Source: Camelus ferus (lineage: Eukaryota). From it: a DNA stretch of 64,000 bases. The translations under genes were made by a program, and so were the position numbers. The DNA lies in NCBI RefSeq assembly GCF_009834535.1, contig NC_045696.1, forward strand, positions 90,212,001 to 90,276,000. Direction: 5' to 3'. Each line of letters opens with the position of its first letter. Positions within the stretch are counted from its first letter, which is position 1. Below, piece by piece: positions 41,069 to 53,739 of this stretch. The notes beneath the pieces were generated by a model that was not told where the DNA came from, made no database searches, and saw only the letters and a program-made list of their open reading frames with translations.

Positions 41069-42889
41069 TAAAATTTAGGAATAACAGCAACAAGCATTTA
41101 AACTCTCCATAAAAATAGCCCTCCGTGGTCCATTAATCAAAGCCCTGTGTGCAGCCTGGTATTTATATGTGCAGCATATCCTCTGAGAGCTATCGTGGAC
41201 TGAATGCATATGGTTAAAGAGAATAATGACTTCCAGATTACAAATTATGAATTATTTTTGGAAGACCACAATGGCTATTATAATGAATAACATATTTAAA
41301 TAAGAATATAAGCTGTTCAAAAACTATTAAGAAATGTATACCGTGATTGTTTTGTTAGCCTTCAAAGGGCGAAGCTAATATATACCACAGTCTGAGCTAT
41401 CAGAGTCTCCTCTCCAAGTAGCCCAGAGAGCATTTCCGAAACTCTTATTCTCCTGGATCTGTATCTTTTAAGATGGCTCCACCTTCCACAACCAATATGA
41501 ACCACATAGATAACTCAATAAAGTCAATGCCTCAGGAGACTGTGAGATCCAGGCATTGTGAATTTCTAGCACATTAACTACAAGAATTACTGTTGATTTT
41601 AGTATTGCTTTTAGTGTTCAGATATTTTTAAATAAATACATAAAAATTTTCTCACTTTTTCTTCAGTACTTGAAATCTATTTTAAAAAAGATCAGGACCT
41701 TTTGTTCAAAATAATAAATAGCTTATGATGTGCATAAATTTGCTTAATTGAGCTCAAAAAGCCTAAAGTCTATGTATACAAAATAAATGAATTAGTGCTA
41801 CAACTCTGAAGTGCATTTAAACTCAATACTCAAGACAGGAAGAATATTTTCCCACCATCTCTTAAACCAATCAAGTTAACACCCTGGATTAGAGAAATTA
41901 AATAGTCATATGACAATTCCTCTTGTGAGCTCTTAGAGATGTAGATTATTATCCAGGGATGAACTTAGATTCTCCACAAAGCAAGGTGAAGAATGCAGCT
42001 CACCAGCCTTTGGGGCAGGCTCCCCATAAGGACATGTGTCATCATATGTGCCCAGCACATCCCATATCCATCAAAGTACTAGCTTTGCCCATCACCACAT
42101 AAAATCCTAGGAAGAACCAACAGATTGTGATGACTGCACAGATGTTGCCAAGTCCCCCAATGATTCTGCTCCATGTCTGTTTTATTATATATTATACATT
42201 TCCAACACTGAGCCAAGGAAACTTACCGGTGCTTCCTGCAAATACAAAGACCTGCAATTTACTCGGTTTTTTCACCAGAAGCAGAGTTTCCCAAAGGGCG
42301 GCAAATGTGCCATAATCTTAACTAATACATAGACAAACTTTAAAATGAAATTAGTAGTCATATATTATTTTCTTGGACATTTTAAATGTATCTAGCATAT
42401 CAAACTCATTTTTATTATTAAAGATATGACTACATATTCTTTAAATTTTTTAATTCAAATTTAAATTGATATTTTTAACATGTGTCAATTTAAATTTAAA
42501 ACTTTTAAGAATAGTACGCAGATATGGTAAAACGGGTGATAGTGGGCTTGCAAATTTCTGAATATTTAGAAATGCTAAGACTTTTTTTCTGTTACTAAAA
42601 ATATATTTATCTTTGATATTTAATCGTTCAGGGTGCAGAAAGTTTAAATTGAATAATTTAAATAGTACTAGAAAGTAAATTAATTTAAATAGTATTAGAG
42701 ATTTTTCCTCCCGGAGTTCCCTTAATGGCCTATTCAGCAATAGCAGTGAATGTGAGTAGTAACCCTGATGTTTCTGTGTACTAAGCTGTGACTATAGACA
42801 TTTATATACATATAGAAACATCAAGCTTAAAATTGTGGCCCTGCACTGTGCAGATAAAAAACAAAAGAAAACAAAAAACATGGGCTCCT

Positions 42890-43065
42890 GAGACCCTATT
42901 GGGCTGAGTAGCTAAGATATGGGGCAGGTGCTCTGAGCCTTCTCTGGGGTTTATCTGCAAAACAGGGGCAATAATAATCTCCCCTTTAGCAGGTCACAGT
43001 CGAGTATAAAGGAAGGATTTATAAGAAAGCATATATATGTATATAATTGTTACTATTATAACTTT
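42890..43065 (+). mobile_element. MIR SINE
   Basis: ctctgagccttc...ttatctgcaaaacaggggcaataata. Confidence 0.55.
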
Positions 43066-43475
43066 TATTGTGGGGAAGCCCCATAATTCGCCAAAAAGGA
43101 TTGGAAAAAAAACACACTTCTCTGTCCCTGATAAGTGAAGCAGAACTCTGGGGAGTTTAGGGACCAAGTAAAGGATTACAGGACCAGAACTATGTGCCAC
43201 AGCAATCAGAACCAGCACCTGCACCCAGTAGGCTGGGATCTGCCAATGAATCCCTAATAGTTACATGGGGTCAGCACTTGAATTCCCAGCTCCTTCACCT
43301 GTGACAAGGTCTACACAGCAATAAAGCACAGAGCTCTTCCCCAGAAAGAGAACAGAAGGCTGCTGCACAGGATCAGTACAGGTGGGGAAAGTAGGACAGG
43401 CTCACTGAAGGAGCTTCCCAGACAGCAGGTGCAGCACTGGGGACACTAATGTGTGAGCTGGAAGGAAGGCTACAT

Positions 43476-43776
43476 CAAGGGACTCAAACTCAAATGCCTT
43501 CTAGGGCCCAGAAGATAATGAACAGCCTGGACAAATGTGGGCCATAGCGAACTGGGGAGCAGATGCCTCAGCTAAGGGAGGCAGCCACTGCCCAGACCTG
43601 ACCGGCTGTCATCAAACACTGACTTTTCAGGGGAAGGGAGAAATCATTTTTATGTGAACTCTTCCACTTACTAACTAGGAACTAATCCCCTCCAAAAATG
43701 TTAAATCCTCTTCAAGCCAAATAAAATAAGACTCTGGGCCACATGCCATCCTACAGCTGCCATTTTTCAAGTTCTG
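43476..43776 (+). mobile_element. hAT-Charlie element (MER102-like)
   Basis: caagggactcaaactcaaatgccttctagggccc start and ...tcaagttctg end. Confidence 0.65.
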
Positions 43777-44135
43777 TTGTACCTACCAGGGAGGTGGATG
43801 GAGAAAAAGCAAATTACAGTGAAAAGGCCATTTTTTAGCCATTTTCTAACGTCATACACACACACACACCCACAAAGATAGCCGGCCTGTAAACCAGAGA
43901 TAACAACTCCCTTGCCGGGGTGCGGAGAATACTGACCAGAATACCTGTTTTCAATTCTCTGAGAAAGCAGCTGACCAGTGTTTGTCTTCGGTACCGGCCA
44001 ACACGGTACGGGTTACCTCCTGTCCCCAGGTCCCGGATTTTGAGGCAGTAAGACAAGCAGATGGCAGCTGCATACATGAGCCTCAGCCCCCTGGCTTTCT
44101 AATAAAAAACTGACAGCCTTTCTGCCCTTTCCCAG

Positions 44136-44160
44136 ACTTCCTCTCAACTTTTCGGTTTCG
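44136..44160. promoter_or_regulatory. Candidate ISRE/IRF site next to an ETS/PU.1 site
   Basis: TTTCGGTTTC at 44150-44159 (GAAACCGAAA on -) and ACTTCCTC at 44136-44143 (GAGGAAGT on -). Confidence 0.4.
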
Positions 44161-44469
44161 GGCCTCATTAAAGACGTGTGCGGGCAGTGCAAACGCAGTC
44201 ATATTCAGCAGTTATTTCCTGTGCAGGCGAAACTAACCCGGGCAGCTTCGAGCCTTGCTCTCCAAATTGCACTGCAGTTTGGGGGGTTTCTAATTCCAAC
44301 AAAGAATGGTCCTAAGAATACTATATTCACTCCGCACCTGACCCCAACACCACATCTGCTTGGAGACGGCTCCACATTTCTGAATAGAAACGCAAATCAC
44401 CTGCCTTTCCATCCTGGGTTATGCATTCCAGAGAAGTAAGTACACGGGAGGTCCTAAGGACTTGAACTC

Positions 44470-44650
44470 CTTCCAAGGCAGCAGAAGTCACCGGATTTCG
44501 GGGCATTCCTGCTGGTCGGAGCAGCGCGGCGCGACGCCCGGGGCTGCGGCCTCCGTCGCTCCCACAATGCTTTGCGCGGCGCACAGTCCACGAGGCTGCG
44601 GCACCGCCTGGTTCCAGCCACGTGGGGAGGGGCGTCCGCTCAGCAAACTG
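44470..44650. promoter_or_regulatory. Small CpG-rich promoter/enhancer-like element with ZNF143(Staf), E-box and GC-box motifs
   Basis: Dense CpG cluster in an otherwise CpG-depleted window. CTCCCACAATGCTTTGCG at 44559-44576 (ZNF143 SBS-like), CACGTG at 44619-44624, GGGGAGGGGCG at 44624-44634. CpG stays elevated from about 43900 to 44830. Confidence 0.65.
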
Positions 44651-45645
44651 CAATGCTTAGTTTCTCTAACCTTCTGTATTTCAATAAATAAGAGGAAGAT
44701 TCTCTGTGTACACTCTGTCCTGAGACGAAACAGTAGAGCTGTTTGAAAATCATGAAATTACTCCTGTACAAAGCAACGAGATGTAAGCAACGGAACTCGA
44801 GAGCATTTCTCCCAGTATTTGGAAGGCGGACTTGCTGCAGACACCTGGAAATCCTACTTAATCTGAGTTAAAACAAACAAACAAACAAACAAACAAAAAA
44901 CCCTACACACTGACATAAGAAAACGTCAGAAATCCTTAGTTTATATTTAAGCTATTAGGCAGTCCACTGTATGCCATGGATTTAAGGATGTGTTCTACTT
45001 TAACAATTACAGAAACACTTTTAATTCTCCTTTTCAATTGGTGTTTTTTTTTACTAAACACAAGTTACACTGCTTTTCATCTTGGATGCCTGGACTATTA
45101 TTATTATATTTAAAATATGCCATTAACTCTCAATGTAGACTTAAAAACAACAACACTGAAAGAAATATTAGAGCTCAATATTCACAACTTCTTTATTTTA
45201 AAAAAAAAGTTTTTTAATAAAAAAATAGCTAATATTCAAATGGGGAACCTTGATCTTTGGGAATCATGGGTGGACAGGCTTAGATGAAGGGCCATACCGT
45301 CATCACCTTTTATCCTTTTGAATAAAGAAGTTAGAATTTGCCCTACTGGGTAAATTGGCTAAGAGTAAAAGAGCCTCAATGAAATAGGCAATTACAATGA
45401 AATATCGCTCCATGTGAGCTAGCCTCGGGAACATACGGCTGTGGAATGTGGTACAAAAATCCAGCCAACAAAGGTATGTAAGCACCAACAGGATGAAGCT
45501 GGACAAACGTCTTCACTCAGTTCCCTAAACAGAGACAAAGCCAAGAAACGGGGAAGGACTGTGGAAACGATCCCCGAAATCAGCCCTTCTTTTTCAATGA
45601 CTAAACACCTCAAATCTGACAGCACCAGTTTCTTTTTCCAACGAC

Positions 45646-45648
<3 letters not shown>

Positions 45649-45683
<35 letters not shown>
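45649..45683. repeat. (GT)n microsatellite, about 17 units
   Basis: Read directly from the sequence. Confidence 0.95.
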
Positions 45684-45684
<1 letters not shown>

Positions 45685-46401
45685 CAAAGACCAAGTAATA
45701 AGTCTCTGTAATGAGCCCAGACCAGACACCAGAATAATGCCTGCTTGTGCCATCCATGGTCAGCTGCACAGACACCTGCATGACTGTGCCCTCAGCCCAT
45801 GGGATAGCAACAGGACAGGCTGGAGGGAGGAAAGTGCCAGAAGGACACCTGAGTACAGCTGAGCACAGGTGTGTCTGAGACGCACCCCACACATCCATCA
45901 TGTTGGCAGAGCAATCCCATCTGAGCAGAAACACCTGGAAATCAAAGAACAGCACAACACCGTTAGTCGTATAACACAGGTCCTATAGTTATCAAAAAAG
46001 GAGGTGGGGTAGTCTTGCAAGCACAGCTTGCCTGCACCCAGCCCCACACTCTGATCCATTTGCCACCATGTCCCTGACCCCACAAAAAGTAGACATTAGA
46101 ATTCATGTTGGCAAAGCTAAAGCAGACCTGAAGCTGTGTTGCTATGGAACACAGAAGTGGCCATAGAAACGGCGGCCTGGGGAGGGGGAGGGGACACAAT
46201 GGCAAAGCAGCAGCCAGAGGCAAAGCAGAAGGAATGCTGGAGGGCCACCTTCCTCCTGCCTCTCCATTCCTCTTGAGCAGTAGCTACACAAATAACTAGC
46301 CAGCAACTTTCCCCAAACAGTACAGTTCCCTGAGTACTGCTTAGTGCCTGGGATTAGGGTACTGAGGGGACAGTTGTTCCTGAGGAAAGCAGAGGGGAGC
46401 C

Positions 46402-46617
46402 TTTTTTTAACTGAAGTATAGTCGATTTAGAATGTGTTAATTTCTGGTGTACAGCATAGTGACTCACTTAAACGTATATATTAAATATATACATTCCTTT
46501 TCATATTCTTTTTCTAGGCCTTTACAAGGTATTGAATATAATTCCCTGTGCTATACAGTAGGACCTTGTTGTTCACCTATTTTACATACAATAGTTTGCA
46601 TCTGCAAATCCTGAACT
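46402..46617 (-). mobile_element. Recent short L1 3' end
   Basis: tttttttaactgaagtatag...tttctggtgtacagcatagtga...ttccctgtgctatacagtaggacc. Imperfect flanking duplication agagggg(g)ag. Confidence 0.85.
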
Positions 46618-46994
46618 AAGAGGGGGAGTCCTGAGAGAGGTTTCAGAGCAGAGGCCAGATTTGAGCTGGCCAGTACTAACAATAAGGATAGCAGCTAAAT
46701 GTACTGTATGTTTACATAGTTTAATTAACTGTTTTAAGTGCTAATGTAGATTATATAATTTAATATAATTATATAATTAACTAGATGGGAAGGAAGGTAT
46801 GTAGAGAACGCATTGCAGAAGGAAAAGCATGAGCAAAGATAAGTATTATGTTCAGGAAACAGTGAGATAGAAGAAATAATGAGCAAGTAAGAGAAGAGTC
46901 ATGCCAGGATAGCATATTCTTCCCTCATGGCAATTCCCCATCCTGAACACTGCCCCCTCTCACACTTAAAATGCACACTTTGTACGAAGTGCCT

Positions 46995-47472
46995 GTCAGG
47001 ATTATATTTATCCAGAAGTATCAGACACCGAAAATAATAGACAGATGGCAGTTTATTTAGCTTTCACAGAGAAGCCCAGGGGTAGCTGCCCAGGACAGTA
47101 TGGCAGTTGCATCCCATGGGTACAGGGTCCCCAGCCCCTCCCAGACTCTACTCCATCATTCCTAGGCGAGGCTCTCATCTGTGTGGTCCAGCATGGTCAC
47201 AGGAGCTCCAGCAGTTACATCTACACCCAGTGAGAAAGAAAATGTGAAAAAGAAGGGCCAAAGGAGACATATGGGAAGTTCCAGAAGCTGCCACAGAACA
47301 ATTCCTCTTACACAGGATCCATCACACTTGGCATTGGCCACAGTTTACCTGCAAGAGAGGCTAAGAGATGTATCTTTACTCTGGTGTCCATGTACCCAGC
47401 TAAAAACTGGAATTCTGTTACTAAGGAAGAAGGGGAGAATATATGGTGGGGGACACCTACCAGCCTCTGTCC
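46995..47472 (-). mobile_element. Old MaLR LTR (MLT1-type)
   Basis: tgcaagagaggctaagagatgta...aaaactggaattctgttactaaggaagaagggg...cagcctctgtcca. Confidence 0.6.
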
Positions 47473-49859
47473 ATAAAAATCTACGTAATCTCTTGTTTCC
47501 AGAATGTTTTCTTTGACCTAACCAGATCACAACTTCCTCAAGAGTAAGGACTATCTTCTCTTTAATCTGTTTCATGGCATCTAGTACACACCAAGCATCC
47601 CATAAATGATGTAGGAAAAGAACTGATAAATGACAAATGAAACAAGCAAATTCTTAAGATCTTGGTAGTGTTTACAGAGACTGTCTATTTTCATGGCTAA
47701 GCTACACACAAATAGTGTGATCATAAGATAATGAAACTGATTTCTTTTTCCAGTATGCATCATGGAAAGATAAGGACTTTTTAGAAGCCACGATCGTAAT
47801 ACCATTAGAAACAGAATTTTTTTAAAACAAACAAGGTAGACCCTATACACCCAAAGAAGTCTTTACCTTCAATGCAATCTTCACAGCCCACTGCGTGTTC
47901 TCTTTTCCAGCAACTGATGGTGTTGAATCTTCCATCTTGGGAGGTTGTGTCTGGAATTCGGAAGCACGGAAAAGTGATCCAGAACCAAGTTTGATGAGCT
48001 AGATGAGCCAAGCTAGATGATCCAGCTATATCATGCCATTTCAGTTTGTTTTAATTATAATGATAATAACTGGTCTAGATTCCTCATATGCTTTTAAAAT
48101 GCTTGTGGAAAGTAATTTCAGGATTGCAATTCCTAACATCTTTTCAGGAATGCTGAATTAGCGAAAATCATAATTAGTAGTTACTTATCATGTTACGTTA
48201 TTTTAGTAGAATAATACAGACATATATAAGCATATTAGCATAATATATATGTACCTCTACATATGTATTATGCATATAAATAAACATACATCTTGTTATT
48301 TAATCAACAGGATTACACATTATGCATAATGCAAATTAGCATTTCAAATTTCTATGTATATATACACAGACACACACCATATATGTATATACATATGTAT
48401 ACACACATACATGTGTGTATGTATCCCCCTATTATTCGACAAACAGGATTATCCAAAATGGATAAGCAAAATTTTTCCCAATCCAGACCTTCTACAGTAT
48501 AAAGCATTTGCTGGGTTCAACTTTATCACCAACAGTTACTGAAAAGCAAAACAAAACAAACAGAAGGAAAATACTCTGATAGGCAAATGAAAATATAGTA
48601 ACAATATAATCAGTTTAAATCAAGTAATAATGTCTTTTCAGAGAAACTGAAGGCATTTTACAGACAACAAGTTTCCTAGGGGAAAACACAGGCCACATGT
48701 CTTCTGCCAGCAATTCTTGGCTGTTTATGCAATGCTGAGCCATTATCTGATAGGTGGAGATTTTTATATTAGCCACAAGGAAAAAACTGAATCAATAATG
48801 TTGCTGAGAATGGACACAGCACTTCTCATCTCCCTAGCACTTTACCAACATTGATGAATTAAGCTTCCCGCGGTCCCAGGGAGACTAAAACACGGAGTCA
48901 TACTTTCTCACTCAGGGAAGAGATAGGAGGTCAAGTCAATTGCCCTGAGCTCTAGGGGGAGTTAGGGTCAAGGCCAGGAAGGAGGCGAGAGCCCGGCATG
49001 TGGAGTACCGAGGACTACACCTAGCACACTCAAGTCTCCACCCTGCCTCCTCATGCAGTCTTCAGAGAACAGTAGTCTTGAAGCTCAGGCGCCCCACTGT
49101 CTGAGGCAGCGTGGAGAATGAGTTTTCAAGTCAAATATCTATCAACCAACACACATTGATTTTCTTTAATTATCTCCACAGAGCAGACTTGATTCTGAAA
49201 AGCTTATGTGATTTGAAAAATATATCACCTATTTGTCAGACATGTATAATTTATGAAGGCCCTTTCACTCAAGGTCTGTATTCCAAAACTGACAATATGT
49301 GAGTGATTAACATGTTATTAGACATACCTTATGAAGATCTGCAGACTTTCAGCCCTTACACAAAAGCAAGAAAGACACTACGTAAATTTTCATTTGCGTT
49401 ATTAAGCTCAGAGAATTCCGACTCTCACACCACCCCATGAATCCTTTCCAAGAAACTGCCTGATACAATGAAACTATCAAAAAAAAATCATCCTTACTTC
49501 AATAATTAAAGTCGTTAGTTTAAAACAAGCCCGCTTTATGTGGATTTCTCCTTCCCTGGAATGCGTTTCAGTGATTTCCTTCCCATGCATAGTGCTCGCC
49601 AATACTGATATTAAACTATCAGAAAATCTTAGGAATTTTTATTACCAACATATGCTCCTGAATTGGAGGACAGATCATCTATTTTACAGGTAACTTAAAA
49701 ATAACTACTAATACTTAATTAATGAAGCAATATTCCCTTTATATTAGGTGTCATTAAGTAATATTAAATTTAGATATGTGCAAAGAACATGGTAGGTAAT
49801 GGTAAAATAATTACTCTTACACCTATTGTCTTATGTATAACAAAAATGAAGTGAGAATA

Positions 49860-49892
49860 TATAGATATAATAACCTATAATGGAAAAGAATA

Positions 49893-49939
<47 letters not shown>

Positions 49940-50011
49940 CTGAATCACTATGCTGTACACCAGAAAGTAACACAACATTGTACATCAACTATACTTCAAT
50001 TTAAAAAAAAA
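49860..50011 (+). mobile_element. Recent short L1 3' end containing an expanded (TA)n
   Basis: aacctataatggaaaagaat(gt)n(ta)n aactgaatcactatgctgtacaccagaaa...ctatacttcaattt plus A tail. Confidence 0.85.
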
Positions 50012-50729
50012 GAAACAGACACATCTCCATTCATAAAAAGGGATAAGAGGGTGTTAGAGTGTGACCTGATTGATTTAATCTCTACAATTCTAATTTCAGG
50101 TTAGTTAGTGAGAGTTAATAAATACATATTGATCATGTGTCCAAGGAACCACGCCCAGCAGTGAGGATCCAGCAGAAAACACGACCAACACGTTCCCTAG
50201 TGAGGGGCTTGGGGAAGGCGTCCTTGGAGAAACACCTAGAGCCTGGGGCTGAGGGGAGATGAGGGACAACAATAAAGCAGACAGAGGCCACTGACCTGTG
50301 AGGACCTGGTGGGAGAGGGGAGGGGATGTGGCCGAAGACAGACGTCCAGGAGGCAGGGGAGACGCCTGCGGCCAGATGCTGCAGGGCTGCAGGCCACCTG
50401 GCCTTCACTCTGAGGACAGTAAGAGGCCACAGGAGGGCTTTGAGCACAGGGGTGGCATAAACCAGGGCAGGGCTCCAGGGACACCTGAGACAAATCATTA
50501 TGAACGAGAGGGCCCTGACAATCCAGCTCTTTTTCAAAACCTATGTCAAATCTGAGTTTGAGGGTGATGTTTTTTAATTAAAAAGAAAGAAGAGATCACC
50601 TTCTCAAAACCACAGGAAGGTAACCCAGTGTTCTAGAGGTTGTTTTCCACATGCCATGCCATCTCTCTGAGGCTGACATTAGGAACAGGGAAGAACGGGG
50701 AAGGGGAGTGACTGATACATTATTATTTC

Positions 50730-51600
50730 CCATTTACCAAAAAACATAAAGAAACAATAACAGATACCTTCGTGCCCACCAGCAAGATTTAGCCACGGTT
50801 AACATCTTATAATAGTTGGGTTTTTGTGTTTGTGTTTTGGTTTCTTTTTTTTTTTTTTGAGAAATAAAACATTACAGACATAAACTAATTTCCCCAGAGG
50901 TGACCATTATTCTGAAATTCTTGTGTATCCTTCTTCTACATTTTACTTTTCTATATATATATAAATATATATGTGTATTTTTATTGAAGCATAGTAAGTT
51001 TACAATGTTGTGTCAATTTCTGGTGTTTAGCCTAATGTTTCAGTCATACATAATCATATGTATATTAATTTTCATATTCTTTTTCACCATGAGTTACAAG
51101 ATGTTGAATATAGTTCCCTGTGCTATACAGTATGAACTTGTTGTTTATCTATTTTATATATATTAGGTAGTATCTGAAAATCTCAAACTCCCAGTTTATC
51201 ACTTCCAATTCCCTTCAGTTACATTTTACTTTTATTATAAACGTATATACCTATATATAATATGGAGTCTTAGATGTTTTTAAATTTTAGGTGGTTTCAT
51301 ACTGTATGTATGTACTGTATTGTGCCACTTGCTTCTTTTCACCCAACATGTTTTTGAGATATTTTCATATTGATACATATAACTCTACTAGAATATATAT
51401 ATTCTGGTTCATTCATTTTAACTGCTGCATGAATACTGTATGATTATAGCACGTCATGTATGTACTGTATGATAAATATAGTTATCAACTCTCCTAGTGG
51501 TGGATATTTAGGCACTTTTTTTTTTCCTGATCTCAAACAATATTGCAGTGAACCTCTTTGCATTTATCTATCTCCTGATGCACATGTGAGACCTTTGCTG
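50730..51600 (-). mobile_element. Old L1ME-type fragment hosting a younger L1
   Basis: ccccagaggtgaccattattctgaa, cttcttttcacccaacatgtttttgagat, ggtggatatttagg. Confidence 0.7.
50951..51219 (-). mobile_element. Recent L1 3' end with 14-bp TSD
   Basis: TACATTTTACTTTT at 50937-50950 and 51220-51233 flanks ttattgaagcatagt...ttccctgtgctatacagt. Confidence 0.85.
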
Positions 51601-52519
51601 AGGGACAATGTTTACGTAAAATGTTTTAACACATTAGAATAAAGTAGTCCACTAAATTGAACAAACGTTCTAATTGCTAGCAGTGATAACAATGACAGTG
51701 ATATGCTTAGGTTACAGGGAATAGTTCAAGGCCACCATTTTCAGGACATATATTCAAAAAGAAATGAAATCAATTTTGTTGAGATAAAGAATGGGCATTT
51801 AGAGGTCAACCAGAATTTGGTCAAGTTTTAATTCAGTGGCTGAAGCTCTGCAGGGTCTGATCTATGCTGAAAATCTGGTTGAAAGAGCTAAGCATTTCTA
51901 ATTTAAGATATATGCCAAGTAGATCTAAATAGCAAGGAAAAACAGGAATAGATGCACCAAGAGAAAAAAAATCTTGACATGTTCAGTTTAACATCTCATT
52001 GACCAAGTCTTCCCAACCCCTGAGGCTCATCCAACGTGAAGAATTACACAGAATTAACTATAGATCGATGAGATTTTCAAAGTCTGATTTTCCTTTCCTA
52101 ATTTTTTCTTTCTAAAACTAACAATTTATGGCCAGGTAGGAGTTGGGATTTCCATTCACATCCTACTGCTGCTTTTTTCATTATCACTCATCAACAAAAC
52201 TCAAACAGCCACCTTGTCAGAACTTGCCCCTTGGCTAAGTGAACTGAGAATGAAAAATCCTTCTAAACTGAACAGCAGTCTCATGGGGCAAGTGGCAACG
52301 CTTCAGTGGGAAGAAATTAAGTACAGTATTCATCCCCTCTAAGGCTGGCTAAGGGTAAAAGACTTAGATCTCCCCACATGACTACAAAGTGCAGAGCAAC
52401 ACTTTGTAACAGCCCCAGAAGGCCCTGCATATCAAGCCCTCAATATGACCACTACTGTCACTCAGACACACCACCCAGCTTGTACCTGGAAGCAGAGGAA
52501 CACAGATGTTTCTTATTTA

Positions 52520-52645
52520 TAATGAACTTGGAGATCCTCTAATTTAAACCCCTTGTTTTGCAGAAATGGGAGCCCAGTGATACTAAATGTCTCTTCCAAG
52601 CTCACAAAGTAAACTACTGGCAAAGACTCCAAATTCTCCAGATCA
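52520..52645 (-). mobile_element. MIR fragment
   Basis: ccccttgttttgcagaaatggg...ccaagctcaca...ctggcaaagac. Confidence 0.55.
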
Positions 52646-52794
52646 TGCACTTTGTCCTGCATTATGTGGCTTGTACGTACTGCTAATACACATCATGACA
52701 ATTAAAAATATTCATTCTTCATCAAATTTTCATTCATTAGAAATTGCCAAAACTTTGCAACAGGAGTTCTTTTAGATCATGATTAGAAAGTTCC

Positions 52795-53187
52795 TGTGGA
52801 AGAGTATATTACCATTCTTGATCATCTGCTCTGTCTCCCTGTGAGGGGATTAAGCCATCCCACGGATGCCAGGCTTGACTATGTGACTTGCTCTGGTCAA
52901 TGACGTGCAAGTAGAAGTAGAGCATGTCATTGCCTTTCTAAGCAGAAGCTTTAAAAGGCATTGCATATTTCCTCTCTCTCTTTTTCCCCTCTGCTTAAGG
53001 AAACATGTCCCAGATAGGGACCATTCCTCAGCCTGGATCCCAGGATGAAGAGGAGACACGGAGAAGAGCTGACTCTCACTCACACTGGCATACAATGAAT
53101 GAGAAACAAATCTTTGCTGTTTTAAGCCATTAAGAGTTTAGGGTTCTTTGTTACTGCAGCATAGCCTAATAAAAGCTGACAGATACA
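52795..53187 (+). mobile_element. MaLR solo LTR (MLT1J-like)
   Basis: tgtggaagag...atgtgacttgctctggtcaatg...ctgttttaagccatta...gttactgcagcatagccta...gataca. Confidence 0.85.
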
Positions 53188-53739
53188 GTTACCAAGAAAC
53201 AGCAAAAACAACAAAAATGCTTGGCCAGTCATCACAAAACAACTCATATAAAACTGTGAGTAGAGAGACCAACCTAATACATTCTTGTTTTTTCTTTTTA
53301 TATTCACTTCCACATTCACAGAACTTTTTTTCCAAAAGCAGTGTGAAAAGTTAGCTATAAAATCATTAATAGGTGCTTTTTGTTTATCCTCCTCAAGAAC
53401 ACACAACTCATATCAAAGGAATCAAGACGTGAGAGCATGAACTTTTGCTGTTCTATCTCATCACCCATGGCTTCTAGAAAGGATGCTGAAGTGTAAGGGC
53501 CATGGAGAAGTCTAACACCCCAAGAGCCAAGACTCCGGGGGCTGAAGGCTCAAGCTACTTTTCTCTATGCCCATCCATGATGGTGTTTACCCAACAAACA
53601 CCATCTCAGAGGACAGCCTGTCATCATCTATTTGAATCTAGCAAAAAAGTCCATCCTGCTGGGGTAGGAGAGACAGCATGACCCTCAACAAAGCAAGACA
53701 CCTGTCTCCCTCCCTTCTGGAACAATAAGCAGGGAACTT

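Larger units (their letters stand above)
6205..44077 (-). other. Speculative spliced minus-strand transcript (lncRNA or unannotated ORF); see findings
   Basis: Series of AG...GT-bounded segments with compatible reading phases downstream of the CpG element. No recognisable protein homology, and several splice sites are weak. Confidence 0.15.

Noticed and set aside
44082..44100. CTCF site (GCCAGGGGGCTG on -)
   Set aside because: Only a partial core match, and the flanking positions disagree with the consensus.
44660..44860. snRNA-type small RNA gene downstream of the ZNF143 site
   Set aside because: I could not identify a PSE, a TATA at the expected spacing, a recognisable RNA body or a terminator.
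45419..45955. 178-aa minus-strand ORF
   Set aside because: It spans a (GT)n microsatellite, has a non-ATG start and has no recognisable motif.
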